Source of the DNA: Neoechinorhynchus agilis
Lineage: Eukaryota > Animalia > Acanthocephala
Direction of reading: 5' to 3'
DNA: 64,000 nt
Assembly: GCA_051530055.1 (NCBI GenBank)
Contig: CM121342.1
Span: forward strand, 10,865,480-10,929,479
Below the pieces are notes generated by a model. That model made no database searches. It was not told the DNA's origin and saw only the letters and a list, made by a program, of their open reading frames with translations. Shown here piece after piece: positions 1 through 12,849 of this stretch. Positions within the stretch are counted from its first letter, which is position 1. The number at the start of each line of letters is the position of its first letter. The position numbers and the translations under genes are program-made.

Positions 1-167
1 GGTCAATGAAAGAAATAAAGACTAATAATGTAAATTAATACGTTCAAGATATCACTCGAACTTTCCAACCCTTTCTATAGGATCATTTGAATTTTGACAA
101 AAAAATCAAGAGGTTGTGAACGAAAATATTTGAGATAACAAAGTCGAAACATCAACGACGAGAATCC

Positions 168-3087
168 TTAACGGCGCTTAAAATACTCCACCATTGTAGA
201 ATTGACTTTTCCCCCGATCGTCGAGTTAATATTCTTTTTGTCATCTATCGCCGCCACATACATTATTTTTTCCACTCTATCGTTTTTATAGTTCGTACAA
301 ACACACGATCGCAGACCCAATTCTTTAACTTGTCCAACATTCCATTTGGACAATTGTTCGCTTAAACGCGTTACCGAAAAGTATTCAAGAATCTTAATAT
401 CCATTGAATCATTGTTGATAGGAACAACATAGAAAGCGGGTATACCGATTGTTCCTTCCCATAAAGATTGATTTTGAAATGTGATTGCTATGATGTGATT
501 GGTGAATGCACATAGCTTATCATTTATATTAGCGTCTCTGTACAAATTCACAATACGTCGCAATTTCACGGGGAAAAAACTGTTGCTACTTAGATCTTTT
601 ATTCGAACAGAAACTCCATTATCGAGCTCTTCGTAGGTTGCAATACCAACTGACAATAAACTGCCGTTCTTTTCCAAAGAATAAATATTGAGGTGAGAAT
701 CATCGTCACATTTAAAGAGGTGGCTTAAAGGACGCTGAACGAATCTAAATCCGCCATCTTTGAATTTCTCCATTTCTTGGGATCGCCGATACATGGATTT
801 TTTCTCCAAATACACCTTCGGTAAAAGCTCATCGGTCAATTCGCCTAAAAATTAAATTTAAAATTTGCGACTTATTAAAACGCTGTTAAGACCTTCTTTG
901 TAAAGAGCCTGGCAAAGTTGTACACATGCCGCAAGCTTAGCAACGCGTTTAGACCTGCTCCTAGGTCCCTAGGCAAAATCAAGGTTGGTAGAACTTCTTT
1001 GACTTTGAACTTACGATTGTGACCCACTGCTTCATGTGACAGTTATGGGGCATTAGAATAGCGCATCGAAACTGACCGTCTCCTTCATCATTGATGAGCA
1101 TAACAGGTAAAGCAACGCCACTTGTCGTCATAGAAATCCCGATAGCGTATTTGTAAAGGATAGTGATGCATTTAGCTGGATCAATGTGAACATTGCCGAC
1201 AACGGTTAAAATCGATAAACTCTTATGATCTGCTAGGCCGATTTGCCTTAGTTCTTTAAGTTCTTCGGTGGTCATTTGTAACATTAGGTCTTCAGAATGC
1301 AGCCCGTTAAACTCCAATGTGCTCGTGTCCACCAACAAAGAATTTCTTGATTCTATGTGCTGAGGAAGTTGGAAAGAAGTAAATTTACGAATATGTGTGT
1401 GCATGTAGTCACGTTAAGATTCAAGTACCTTTTCGATCAACTCGAATTCTCTTAACGTTTTCTGGCACATATAAGCGTCATATTTCTTGGACATGATGGC
1501 AAAGAGTGCTCGACTTTGTCGAGCTCTTCCCTAAAAGACCATAAAAATAAAAGTGCAGATCCAAAAAACTAAAACACTAAGACCAACCTTCGCTTGCTGA
1601 TAAAAAACGAAATTATTTGTGAAATAAGTCATTATGATAAGATTGCACGACGGAACATCGATGCCTTCGTGGGCGATTGATGTGGCGACCATAACGTTCG
1701 AGATATTTTCTCGAAATGACTTTAAATGTTCAATTTGAGCTTTGCACGTATTCGCATTTGACCACAGATCGGCTCCAGACTGCACAAGATGCATCGGTTT
1801 AATCCAACGAAACTCTTCAGACAACTCGGCAAGACACTGCAGCATCGATGTTAAGCCGTAAGCGGAAGCTCGAGTATCCACAAATATCATGGCATGAAGA
1901 TTAATGTTGGTCTGGTGATGGGAACGAAGAACATCAACTATTTTTTTGAATTTTGGCGTGGTCAGTTTAAATAGCGAACTTTCATCACTAGGTCTAGACT
2001 TACAACACTCTCTGAACATCAAATGTAATTGTTCGATTTCTGGAAGAGGCGCATTTGGACTGTTTTTGCTTGCGAATTCCATGATTCGTTCAAACAAATA
2101 ATGACCAATCAACATTCCATATTCACTAATGGAGTCAATGACTCCTCTCATGAGTTTTGCTACCTTATCCACTCGAGAAAGATCAAAATTTTGTTTATAT
2201 TCCGTGTAGATAATACCCATGTGATCCGTTAAAACCGGTACATTTGCTTTCAGATTCGCCTCAATCTCACAAAACATATTTCGCTTCTGCTGCTTTAACT
2301 CATTTTTTATCTCATCACACCTATCTTCTACGTTTTTCATAATTTCAAAACTTTTGTCCAAAAATAATCTTTCTTCACCGAACGTTTCATTATCGTACAC
2401 AATATGCTCAATACGAATTGAATTCGGACGCAAATTAAGACCGAATTCCAAATGTGAATCCAAGTTCTCGGCAAGAAGACGAACGCGACTTTCCAATTGA
2501 TTAAGTTTGCATTTAAAGCTAGTCACACTTGCCGTAAGACCTAAAATCTTAGGTAGGTCCTCCCTTGGTTTCAAATTAAGACGTGCCTTTTCGTTATGAT
2601 AGCTTCGCATAATTTTTCCATAAGGATGATTACCTGAAGCGTGATGGCATTCGTCGATCACGATCAAATTGATTTGTCCAATCGTTATGTATTGAAAAGA
2701 AAGAAGATTGTGTAGAATAGCTGGAGTCATTACAAGAACTCTTGCATCGTCAAACTCCTTCACCCATTGCTCCTGTGTCCAAATGTCAACTCCCATATCG
2801 CCAATGTAAAGCTTTACGTTCACTGGAAGGTGTCGCGACAAATAAGCGTGTTGCTGGATAACCAAAGGAACAGAAGTAGCTAGAAAAAACGTCCTTTTGG
2901 CATTGCTAGAACCCCAAGGTTCAGTGGTCTCGAACAAAAAGTACCGAATTGTCATCACCGCAATGTACGTTTTGCCACTACCCGTTCCAAGTACGGCAAC
3001 AAGATTTCGAGACTTGGCCAACTCTAGCATCGAAATTTGATAGTCGTAGGCTACAATCTCTTCGTTGGTTTTTAACTCAAAATACAT
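168..3087 (-). CDS. dcr: Dicer, N-terminal part (DExD/H helicase, HELICc, DUF283, start of platform region); multi-exon; probably continues beyond position 1
   Basis: YQISMLELAKSRNLVAVLGTGSGKT (Walker A), LIVIDECHH, VATSIAHEGIDVPSCNLI, QAK|GRAR across intron 1587-1531. DUF283 (ILYKYA...FRCAILMP...|GPRSRSKRVAKLAACVQLCQALYKE|GELTDELLP) rebuilt over GT-AG introns 1428-1360, 1014-969 and about 891-845. Likely start ATG at 3087. Confidence 0.9.
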
Positions 3088-4314
3088 TTTATCTAGAAGT
3101 AGGACACGAAAAAAAGATGGTTGATCCCTTGAATAAATAAAAACGGAGTAATACAGCACACAAATCGTAAATAACAGTAGTGAAGAATATGAACGAAAGT
3201 TTTGGCGATAGTTTAACGTGTCCCTAACTGAGTTCACTGAAATAAGGGAATCGTTATTTAATTATTGAAAGGAAAATATTGACTTCGTGATTAGATATCT
3301 AAAATGAGCATCAAAGCTCCTACTGAGGCGACACAGATCGGACAGCTTCGTAAATTTTTGCTGCAAACAAATTGACATCAAGGAAACCAAACGTAAGCTA
3401 AGAAAATATCCAAAGAACCTGTAAGATCGTGTGAATCGCACAGGAAAGGCTAATTTCTCAAAAACACAAAAGGACCTCCGTGCACCCAAACAATTTTTAT
3501 ATCGATCGGGGACAATAATGCACATAAATTTAGTGCATGATACGACGAAAACACAGAAAATTTGATCATCTCATTGGTAGCTCATTTACCGATTTAAACG
3601 CTACAATCCCATATTAATCCACGTGTTCTTAAACGATTGATTTCTTCTAAAAAACAAATAACGAACAGTAAGATATGATAAAATTTCTAAGTTTTCGAAT
3701 ACAGGCATTTACGAATATTCACGCCACCGTTCTCGATCATTCAAAGCTGCCTTAGAGGTGTAATGGCCGAAAGGACGGATCCAGCGCTCCTTTCCATTGC
3801 AGAGTCAGTCTTATGTTTTGCAGGAGGCATGCTCCAGCTATTGGATCGGAATTATCCATGTTTGTGTATGGTGGAAAATTTGAACGAGCTTTATTAAATC
3901 CTATATTTCGGTGCCACAATCTCGTATCAAGGTTATTTTGGTGTTTTTATTGGCAAGATTATGCCTCCGAAATATCGGATTTAATAAAGCACCTTCAATT
4001 TTTCCGACATAAACGAACATGTCGACGCATACAACGAAAATGGTTCACAGATTGAAGCTGACGAACATACCCCAACGAAAAACACGACCGAGACGGCAAG
4101 GTTTCAAATGACCTCTCAGGTTCTATAAAACACCACGTTTGTTGTCTTCTTTTAAAATCGTTTGCATTGTCCTATCAAAATGACACTTGGCGTTCGTTTG
4201 TACAGACTCCACGCTTAAGCCTCCGTCCCATTCGCTCACAATGATTCATGTGACCCAATGAGTTTAGCTAACTATTTAAGCATTACCTTTTCCTTTGTTT
4301 CATATTTTCACAAA

Positions 4315-5814
4315 ATGCATCTCTTTTACTTGCTCTTCGCAAGTTTCCTTGCTAACAAACTCACATTATGTTTGAGCACAAATAGATTAAACAACGAAAA
4401 CAGGGTTCAATTAAAATTCAATGACGAGCATTGGTCGAAATTATGGTACTTACGTGATGATCACGTCAATATTGAAACGGTTTGGAACGATGGATATACC
4501 GGTCGGAACGTAGTTGTGGGTATAGTGAACGCCAACATTCAAACAGATCATCCTGAGCTCAAAGACAATATTTTGGACACGACGTTGACTGGTCTTCGGC
4601 ATGGAAAAAACAAGAACATCTCCGTAGGAACAGCATTTGCTGGACTAATAGCAGCAAAAGCAAACAATCAATTTTGTACCGTGGGAATTGCGTACAATTC
4701 TAAGCTAACTAATGTTAGATTAAATGTTAGCGAAAATAAACCATCTAACTTTCGTGAATTCAATTCCGAAGCAGACGTCTACACGATCGTGCACAATCAT
4801 TATGAAGAGACCAGTGAACGTCTAATGATTCACGAGTACAGTTGGACGAACATTGTCAAATTCGGTCGAAACGGACTTGGATCTGCATTTGTGGTGCCAT
4901 CGTCTATTAGCAATGGATACCATCACATGTCTTGTTCAACGGACACATTTGTAAACTCACAATACACAATCCCAGTTGCTGGTATTACGCGCAAGTACTC
5001 ATCGCCTCGGTTTGCAACAAGATGCGCTTCAATCATGACAACCGCTTTTACCACTGACGAAGAAAGTTTTGATGGAATCGTAGTGGTCCAACCTAACAAT
5101 ACGTGCGCTGTAACTCACGAAGGATCATCTTTCCCGGCAGCAATAGTCGCAGGAATCATCGCTTTGGGAATAGAAGCGAATCCAGGTCTCGATTATAGGC
5201 AAATTCAAAACTTAATTGTTTTGTCATCTAAAATGAACAAGTCATCGTTATTACCGTCCAAAGAGTATTGGACGAACGGCGCCGGAATTTCGGTAAGTGA
5301 CCTGTACGGCTTTGGCATTTTGAACGCGAAAGAGTTTGTTCGTGGTGCCAAATCACTCGTAAATAAACGCTCACCGGACTTACATGAATGTGAGTTTCCG
5401 TTCAGATCGGTGAGTAGAACTATAATTCGACCAAAGAGCACTCTATCTCTACACTCCTGCACAACGGCTTGTGAGTTTGACTCCAACAATATCAAAAGTC
5501 TGGAACACATCCATGTTCAATTGTCCATAAAACCGAAGAAGTTCAATTTTGCAAAACGAGGAATGATGATCATTAAAGTGAAATCCCCGCAAGGAGAACC
5601 TTCAAACTTATTAGGTCTTCGTTTCCTCGATTCAGACCGAATTTTTGGATTCGAAAATTATTCATTCGTATCGGCAATGCATTGGTTTGAAAATCCCAGA
5701 GGATGTTGGGAGGTTAACTTGACCAATCACAACCTTTTTGGATCTTTTATTTTGCACAATTTATCAATTGTTTTAACGGGAATAAATGTTACAAAGGAGG
5801 AAGCTTACATTTAA
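4315..5814 (+). CDS. Furin/kexin-like subtilase (S8 + P domain), intronless, probably catalytically inactive
   Basis: Signal-like MHLFYLLFASFLA; WNDGYTGRNVVVGI; GTAFAGLIAAKANNQFCTVGIAYN; AAIVAGIIALGIEANP; SDLYGFGILNA; P domain LEHIHV...SPQGEPSNLL...HWFENPRGCWEV. Confidence 0.85.
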   Translation: MHLFYLLFASFLANKLTLCLSTNRLNNENRVQLKFNDEHWSKLWYLRDDHVNIETVWNDGYTGRNVVVGIVNANIQTDHPELKDNILDTTLTGLRHGKNKNISVGTAFAGLIAAKANNQFCTVGIAYNSKLTNVRLNVSENKPSNFREFNSEADVYTIVHNHYEETSERLMIHEYSWTNIVKFGRNGLGSAFVVPSSISNGYHHMSCSTDTFVNSQYTIPVAGITRKYSSPRFATRCASIMTTAFTTDEESFDGIVVVQPNNTCAVTHEGSSFPAAIVAGIIALGIEANPGLDYRQIQNLIVLSSKMNKSSLLPSKEYWTNGAGISVSDLYGFGILNAKEFVRGAKSLVNKRSPDLHECEFPFRSVSRTIIRPKSTLSLHSCTTACEFDSNNIKSLEHIHVQLSIKPKKFNFAKRGMMIIKVKSPQGEPSNLLGLRFLDSDRIFGFENYSFVSAMHWFENPRGCWEVNLTNHNLFGSFILHNLSIVLTGINVTKEEAYI

Positions 5815-6059
5815 ATCAGTGCAAGGAAAAAAGAATTGATTTGCTGAACGAGTTCAGTTAAATACTTCTTTTATCCAATCACTTTGCTCGCAGGGAACTT
5901 AGCTTCTTTGGTTATAATTTTCGGGTGAATGAGGTTTTAGGCTCTCGCTTTTTATGTATGGCGATAATAAATAGGCGTTTTGACATTGCCAAAATGTTAG
6001 CTTTATCAACATATTGAAAAAGCGTAAAAAATCAGTGATTCGTCTTTGTCTATTTTAGG

Positions 6060-6420
6060 CAATTGTTTAACGAGGCCCTGCGCCACGGTATTAAACAACC
6101 AGTGTCTCGACGCCCCGATTTAACAACGGCGAATTTTATGTTGCTGGCTGCGAATAGCGTCCCAGAGAGAGCAAACGCTTTTTTGCCATGGAATACAGTG
6201 ACCATTGACACCGGAATCTTCACACCGAAGACTAAAAACCATCAAGAAAACCTGTAATCTTCGCCAAGAAAGCATCCATGAACGCTTCGTCCCAGAGAAG
6301 GCATTTGCCTTCTATCCACTGGTACTGTCCAGTCTACGGAGGCCATCGAGTCCGCAAACATTGCTCGGCTCAGGATGTTGGGCACTTTTAAGATTATTAA
6401 GAGCACGACTACGAGAATTG
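6060..6420 (-). mobile_element. Rearranged remnant of a CRE-like (RLE-type) non-LTR retrotransposon
   Basis: Minus strand matches the RLE region of the elements at 39000-39200 and 47650-47850 (EPSNVCGLDG.RR, aggcaaatgccttctctgggacg, cgcagccagcaacataaa). Confidence 0.75.
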
Positions 6421-6682
6421 CGTTCATTTCTTAGTGTTTTGCTTTCCGCTGTTTTCAAAATTTTAGAAATAAATCTCGTTCGACGTTTATTGTCTTTAAA
6501 AATCAGTAAAAAAGAGTTGAACAACAAAATACACGGAAGAATCCATTACCGATAACAGAAAAACCTTTACGTCAAGAGCAAAATCATCGGGTGTTCATCG
6601 CATTTTGATCTTTTAAACCATTAATTCAATTTGGTTTAAACTAATGAAATTCCGTAAGAATTGGTTATATTCCTTTTTAGAT

Positions 6683-7561
6683 ATGGAAATCCCATTTCTG
6701 TCTCGGCTACGACCTTTTATAGCGCAATACACGTGCTTTTCAATTCGAGCTGCACTGGGTCGCCGGATTGAACTGGATGAACGGGATAGAGTTCTGCTTC
6801 CTCCTTCCGCCCTAGATGAGCTCACGCGGCGCAACGTTGATTTTCCCATGTATTTTAAAATAAGAAACAAAGGATTATTCACCCACTGTGGCGTAATGGA
6901 GTTCACAGCCCCCGAGGGATTCTGCTACGTTCCATCGTGGATAATGCAGAACAATCTCGGAGGCCTAGAAGAAGGTCGAAGTGTAACGATAGAGAACGTG
7001 ACTCTTCCAGTGGCCACGTTCACAAGATTTCAACCACTTACCAGCGACTTTTTGAACATCTACGACCACAAGGCCGTCCTTGAAAGTAATCTCAGAACAT
7101 TATCGTGTTTGACCGAGAACGATTTTGTGATCATTAAGTACAACCAAAAAGAGTACAGTCTTCGCATTCTCCAATGTGAACCAAGCAGGGCTGTGTCCAT
7201 AATCGATTGCGATATGTCGGTAGATTTCGCGGAACCTATAGTTAAAGATAACCTATTCAAGGATCAAGAAGATGAGGAGGAAAAGGCGACTGACGAAACA
7301 GAGACAATGCCTTTTTCAGACGCTTTTCAAGGTGTTGGATATCGATTGGGAAGACCGGGAGACGTGGGCCAAGCCGAAGCGACGATCTGTTCTAATGGCG
7401 AAAGCAATCGACAGTCACTGACGAAGCGTGGAATACCTGATTTGAATCATAAAATCGGGACTTTAAAATTTGACAGGACAAAAAAGAAACCAAAAAAACC
7501 AAAACCACAAAAGGATTCTGGACCCTTTCAAGGAGAAGGACGAACTACCAGCAATGTCTGA
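6683..7561 (+). CDS. UFD1: Ubiquitin fusion degradation protein 1, intronless
   Basis: QYTCFS, LLPPSALDELTR, THCGVMEFTAPEGFCYVPSWIM, FQPLTSDFLNI, AVSIIDCDMSVDFAEP, FQGVGYRLG; ATG at 6683. Confidence 0.93.
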   Translation: MEIPFLSRLRPFIAQYTCFSIRAALGRRIELDERDRVLLPPSALDELTRRNVDFPMYFKIRNKGLFTHCGVMEFTAPEGFCYVPSWIMQNNLGGLEEGRSVTIENVTLPVATFTRFQPLTSDFLNIYDHKAVLESNLRTLSCLTENDFVIIKYNQKEYSLRILQCEPSRAVSIIDCDMSVDFAEPIVKDNLFKDQEDEEEKATDETETMPFSDAFQGVGYRLGRPGDVGQAEATICSNGESNRQSLTKRGIPDLNHKIGTLKFDRTKKKPKKPKPQKDSGPFQGEGRTTSNV

Positions 7562-7837
7562 ACAACATTCAGAAGTAAAGGACCCAAAATAGAAATTGAG
7601 TCGTGTGTTCAGGAAAATAACGATTTTGATTAAAAAAACATTAAATAGGCGTCTATTGTTTCGGTGAAATAAAAATCATAATTAGGAGCTGAGAATGGGG
7701 TCCATGAGAGGGAATATGGAAAACGCGAGATATTCCTAAAAAAAGGTGGGACAACGGCCTAAAATGACCACTTCTGTATTATCCGCCTGAATTCTGGAAA
7801 GGCACGGAATAGCTGCTTATTTTCTAAATCTTACGCT

Positions 7838-7907
7838 GGATTCTGGACCCTTTCTAGGAGATGGACTAACTACCAGCAATGTCTGAGCAACATTCAGAAG
7901 TGAAGGA
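7838..7907 (+). repeat. About 70-bp diverged duplicate of the UFD1 3' end (7513-7582)
   Basis: ggattctggaccctttc...aactaccagcaatgtctga.caacattcagaagt.aagga occurs twice with a few mismatches. Confidence 0.9.
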
Positions 7908-8499
7908 TTGTCTTTTCAAAATTAGAGAATCTGAGGCCAGAAGGTTATTTTGATGTTTGAACATTGAATTCGTTCATAAACTTTCAAGCAACATTAATAA
8001 ATACACAAGATTGTGCCGAAATATCGGACTAAATAAATTTCTACAATTTTTCCATCGGTAATTTTTGTCAAATTGTTCAACTAATATTATTGAGTTTCGC
8101 TTTCATTTCTCCTTACAAACCTACATTAATTCGAAGGAAGACTAAGCAAAAAGGAAAACTTCGCACGGATTTAGTATCGTTCATATATCAAAACTGCAAA
8201 AAATCATACAATTGCCCAAATATTTCTTTATCTCTTAGACACTTAAATTGTTCATAGAGGGCAAAAATCGGGAAAAATAAATCAATCGTCCTCATACAAC
8301 GTAGACAAATTCGATTAATCAGTCAATCATAGTCGATATACAAATCATTGGACATCGGAATCTCGTCGAAAGACACGTATAGGGTTATGCAAAACTGAGA
8401 ATAAGAAACTTCTTATATAAACGTAGCCGCTACTGTGGATGTTTAAGAAACGATGAATGCCATTATACCCGCTTAAGGTACCCGAACCATCCCTTTGAA

Positions 8500-11400
8500 A
8501 TCAGAAGGGAGCCTTGTGCTTGAGGCCTTGCACACATCTCTTCGGCCAACACCATGGATGGTAACAAATCGAACTACAGTTAAAAATTGCCCGCTAAGGA
8601 TGTATTGAAAATCAATAGAAAACGCCACGCAGTGCTAAAAGGTACGAGCGGACATATTCTAGCAACAACCTTGTGTTATTGAGTGATCGATAACGGCTGA
8701 ACAGTTGTGTGTGTTGGGGGGAATAATAAAAAACGGGTTTTCCAAAAAAAAAATGCGCACCAATGTTTTTGGCGGAGGGTGGCAAACGGCCACCCACTTC
8801 CCTGAGAATTCCCGTACATGAAGCGCGACAAACAGCCATCAATCACTGATTCAGGATCGAATCCCACTTCTCAGTTCTTGTTGGAAGGGTCCCTTTCTGA
8901 TGAAATCCCCCAACAGCTGACATCTTCATTCAAAACTCAACGCGAGTACCTAGCCCTTCCGGTCAAGAGAAGGCCGTATATACTCACAATCAAGTCAAAT
9001 CCGATTATGCCTAAGGACGTAATCTACAACCAAAGCGTTGCTCCGTGGACGCGCTCATTCCATAACGATGGAGTTAAACGAATTGATCGTATTACTTATT
9101 TCGGAGGTATTCTGAGAGTGTACCTAACGGACAGTATTTGGTTATCCAACTTGAAGGACTTTGTTAAATCCAAGCTTCCCAGGGATGTCTTCTCGGTGGA
9201 AGAGATTACTCAAAGGGTACAGTTCATGGCTAACGGTCTACAGCCCAATTTAGCTGCTGAAGACAAAGTAGAGTTCGAAAAACTTTTCAACGTGAAGATA
9301 AAATTTTTCCTCAACTCCAGAAGGTCTGGCACTCCTATATCGATAGCGATGGTGGAAGGATCCAGGCAAGTTAGGGATGACCTCTGTAAAAAAATACACT
9401 GTGCCTTTAATTGTTTTGCGATTCGATTCACACAGAAATCGGGAAGCCATCAAGATGACTATATTTTTTCCTCACTGCAACCTTTGCCACAAATGGGGAC
9501 ACTGGGCTCAACAATGTCCTAATTCGGAAACCCCGAAATGTGTTCACTGTGCTGAGACAGGTCATTCTGCTCAAAATTGCCCAAACAAGTCAATCAAAAG
9601 ATGTGTCAATTGCAATGGACAACACTCTGTATTTTACAAAGGATGTCCTGAATTCAAGAAGTATTGGAATTGGGCTCAAAACGGGCAGCCCTTTGCTAAA
9701 AAAAGCGATAGCGCCGGGTGGAGACCGGCTGTCGCAGCAAACTCGTTCGCAGTGCCTCTTCATAGAGCAACCCCCTTTTCAAAAGATAACGATCTTGAAG
9801 AGCTCGGACTCTAAAGACTCGCATCGCTTACCTCCATCGCAGTTGGTTACCATGGAAATTCTGGAGGAACGTTTAGAGGAGTCTTGTAACAAACTTCTAA
9901 CGGTCATGCAGGCGCGCTTCACTGAGGCCATCGTGGCTTTTGAGAGGAAGCTGAGTACACTCATTGGGAACTTGGTCAATCTTCCTGATTTGATTTCATC
10001 GAGTTTACCTAGTCAACGTGGTGCAAAGCTAAAAAGAGCGAATGCGACGGAAAAAAACTCTCATGGGGCCAAGAAACTCAATGTCGATTCTAGTATAAAC
10101 CACTCAGATATCGAGGACGTCGTCATGGAAGTCGAAGAAATCGACTCTGAATATGTTAACAGGATCATTAACACTCAATCCTCGCTCATTAACAACGGAA
10201 CTGCGGCCCTAATATCAGATGAAGTCGCCAGAATATGATAACTCGAAGGCACAGGTAATGGTGGGGGATCTCCGGGTGCTGCAATGGAATTGTGGAGGGG
10301 CGGCCAATCTTACCAGGCTCGCTCGGTTCACACCAGGTGTTTCCATCATCCTACTACAGGAAACGAAAAGTATTCACACTCTACACCAACTTTATAACTA
10401 TCTACCTCATCTTAACTGTTCAATGTTCTCCTCTTTTATTACTGGCCCATTCAGTCCCGCCTCACAAGGTCTTATTTCAATTTTTCATTCCTCATTAAAT
10501 CCCCAACTTATAGCCTCCTACACCTCACCGGAAATGTCGTACTCACTTTTTAAATTTCTCTTTAATTGGAAGTACCTCTCGATTGTTAATTTGTACATCA
10601 GACCAAGTTTTATTCATCGTCCATATATCAAAAACAAAATCAAATGGCTTCTCAATGCCAATATCGACTTTGTTGTGGGGGATTTTAACGACCCATCTTT
10701 AAAATGGTCCAGAGCCATTGTCAACGCAGTCAAACCTCTTTACTCTCTAACCCTCCCGAATACTCCGTCTTTCCACAATCTAGTATTAAATACACACTCG
10801 TTCTTAGATCTGATAATCTTTAAGAGATATCTTAACCTTTCAATTCAATTCGATCGTCAGGTGTCTCTCTTTGACCTCCTAGGGCATGATATCCTTATCT
10901 GGTCATTCGGTCCTATGAATGCACTCCGCAAATCATATCACATTTCTCCACTCAACGTGGCCTTTTTCCGTCTAATCAGCCAAATCGCTCTATCTTCGAG
11001 CACCTTACAATCTAATCGGTCATCCATTTTACCGTCTGTCAATAACATCCTCAATTTGGTTGCTAATACCTTTCTGTTTCGAACGGTAAAGGTTTTCTCT
11101 CGTCCTTACGAAAGTCGCTCTCTTCGCTTTCTCGGACGCCAACTTTTTCTGGCCAAACGTTCTGGAGACGTACTTCTCACGAAAATCTTATCTAGTCATT
11201 ATTGGGCAGCCCAATGTCGACAGAGGATGCAACAGAAAGCAAATCTTCTTAATAGCCTGAAACCCTTTTCCTCACATTGGTGGCACACTTTTCAAAGGAA
11301 GAGATACATACCATGGAAATCGAAAATCTCCGGCTGGTTAAAATCAACGTCTATAGACGATATTTAGCCATTTTTGCTTTTCATTCAGAGGGCTCTGTCA

Positions 11401-12780
11401 AGGATGCTTTACCCGTGACAATTTTTCGACGGGTCTTTGCCGGTCGTGTAGATATTTTATTAAGTGACATCCTAAAAGTATGGTCCGACAATCCGAAATT
11501 GGCATCCTCCAACTCAAGCTCAGGCACCAAAATCTTTACTTTACTTCCCCGGGACTGCATCCTAAGGCTGGCCGAATTAATGCTGAACTGCTCCCCTTAT
11601 GCTTGGAGAGAGATTAATGTGGCTCGGCGTATTTTTCTTATTAAAAATGGGAAAAAGTCAGTCTCTCAGCCTAAGGATCTCCGCCCAATTTCCCTACAGA
11701 ACCCCTTTGTAACCATTTACGAACGAGCCTTAGCACTTCGCTTGAGAGCCTTTATAACAGAAAATAGCTGCATATCGACTAATTGCCATGGTTTTCAAAA
11801 AAAGGGAAATCCGTACACTCTGCTTTAACCAATATTTACAATAACTTCACTAACACCAATCTACCCTTGAAAGCCATAATGGCTGTTGATCTATCTCAAG
11901 CGTTCGACAAGATATCTTTGTCTTTTATTATGGAGATATTAGAATTTTTTAGCGTCCCTCATAATTTGATCTCCCGAATTCACAATATTCTTTTTACCAA
12001 GTCCTTCTTTTACGAGGATGATGCTTAGAAATCAACCTATTACATGACCACGGGTGTCCCACAAGGTTCACCGCTTTCCCCGATCCTGTTTCTACTTGCT
12101 TCACAGTATATAGTTAAAAATTTCAAAACCCGTAATGTTTCTATAACCTGTTATGCGGATGACTTAACTTTCGTATTCTCTGCGCACAGAGCTTTCAAAC
12201 TCAAAAGTTTGATTGAGCAGTGCATCAACTACCTCAATGTAGTCTTACCTCGTATGAATTTATCCCTCAATCCCTCCAAATCGTTCTGTATCTTCAAGGT
12301 TCGCTCAGGTAGACTTCGATGGGATCTCAAATCATTTTTTAACAATCTAATGAACCCCTTGAATCAGAAGCGAGCGGATAATGCCAATACTCCACTAAAA
12401 TTACGCATTCTTGGACATACGTTAACGGTCAATCTGTCACCCAGAACCGATATCAATAAGTTGAAAAGGTTGCATGAAACTAGGCCTGAACTCGTTACAA
12501 GCGCAAGCTATTTGGAAAACCTGGTGTATCCCCGGCCTTGTCTTCTTTTCCAGAGGTCGCCCCCCCCGAACATAAGGCCTCCTTTATAGACGCCTTCACC
12601 CAGCACCTAGATTCCCTCCCATTTTCCTGGGCCGGAGAGTTAAAGAAGTTCTGTGAACCCAGAATTGGGCGATGGACAACATGACAGGTATTCTCTCACC
12701 AAACCGTTAATCTGTTAGATAAATAAGTCACGATTGCGCTCTAAAAACCATGATAAATAAATATATAATATAATAAAAAA
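8500..12780 (+). mobile_element. APE-type non-LTR retrotransposon, near full length, with frameshifts (LINE copy 1)
   Basis: ORF1 with three CCHC knuckles (CNLCHKWGHWAQQC, CVHCAETGHSAQNC, CVNCNGQHSVFYKGC) and a coiled coil. ORF2: LQWNCGG, LLQET, VVGDFN, LRPISLQN, DLSQAFD, GVPQGSPLSP, YADD. A-rich tail ending at 12780. The 5' boundary is approximate. Confidence 0.92.
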
Positions 12781-12849
12781 CAGTAGCGGTAGACCTCCAG
12801 AACAACGATTAATTTTTGGAGAGGTTCTGCTAAAAATGCATCATTCCTC

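Noticed and set aside
3088-3237. Hydrophobic N-terminal extension on Dicer
   Set aside because: Lies upstream of the typical helicase start, begins at a non-ATG codon and contains acceptor-like AGs; probably UTR, outron or intron read-through.
12781-12835. Sm-site-like aatttttgg in a weak hairpin (snRNA or SL RNA?)
   Set aside because: No other snRNA or SL features; pairing is poor.
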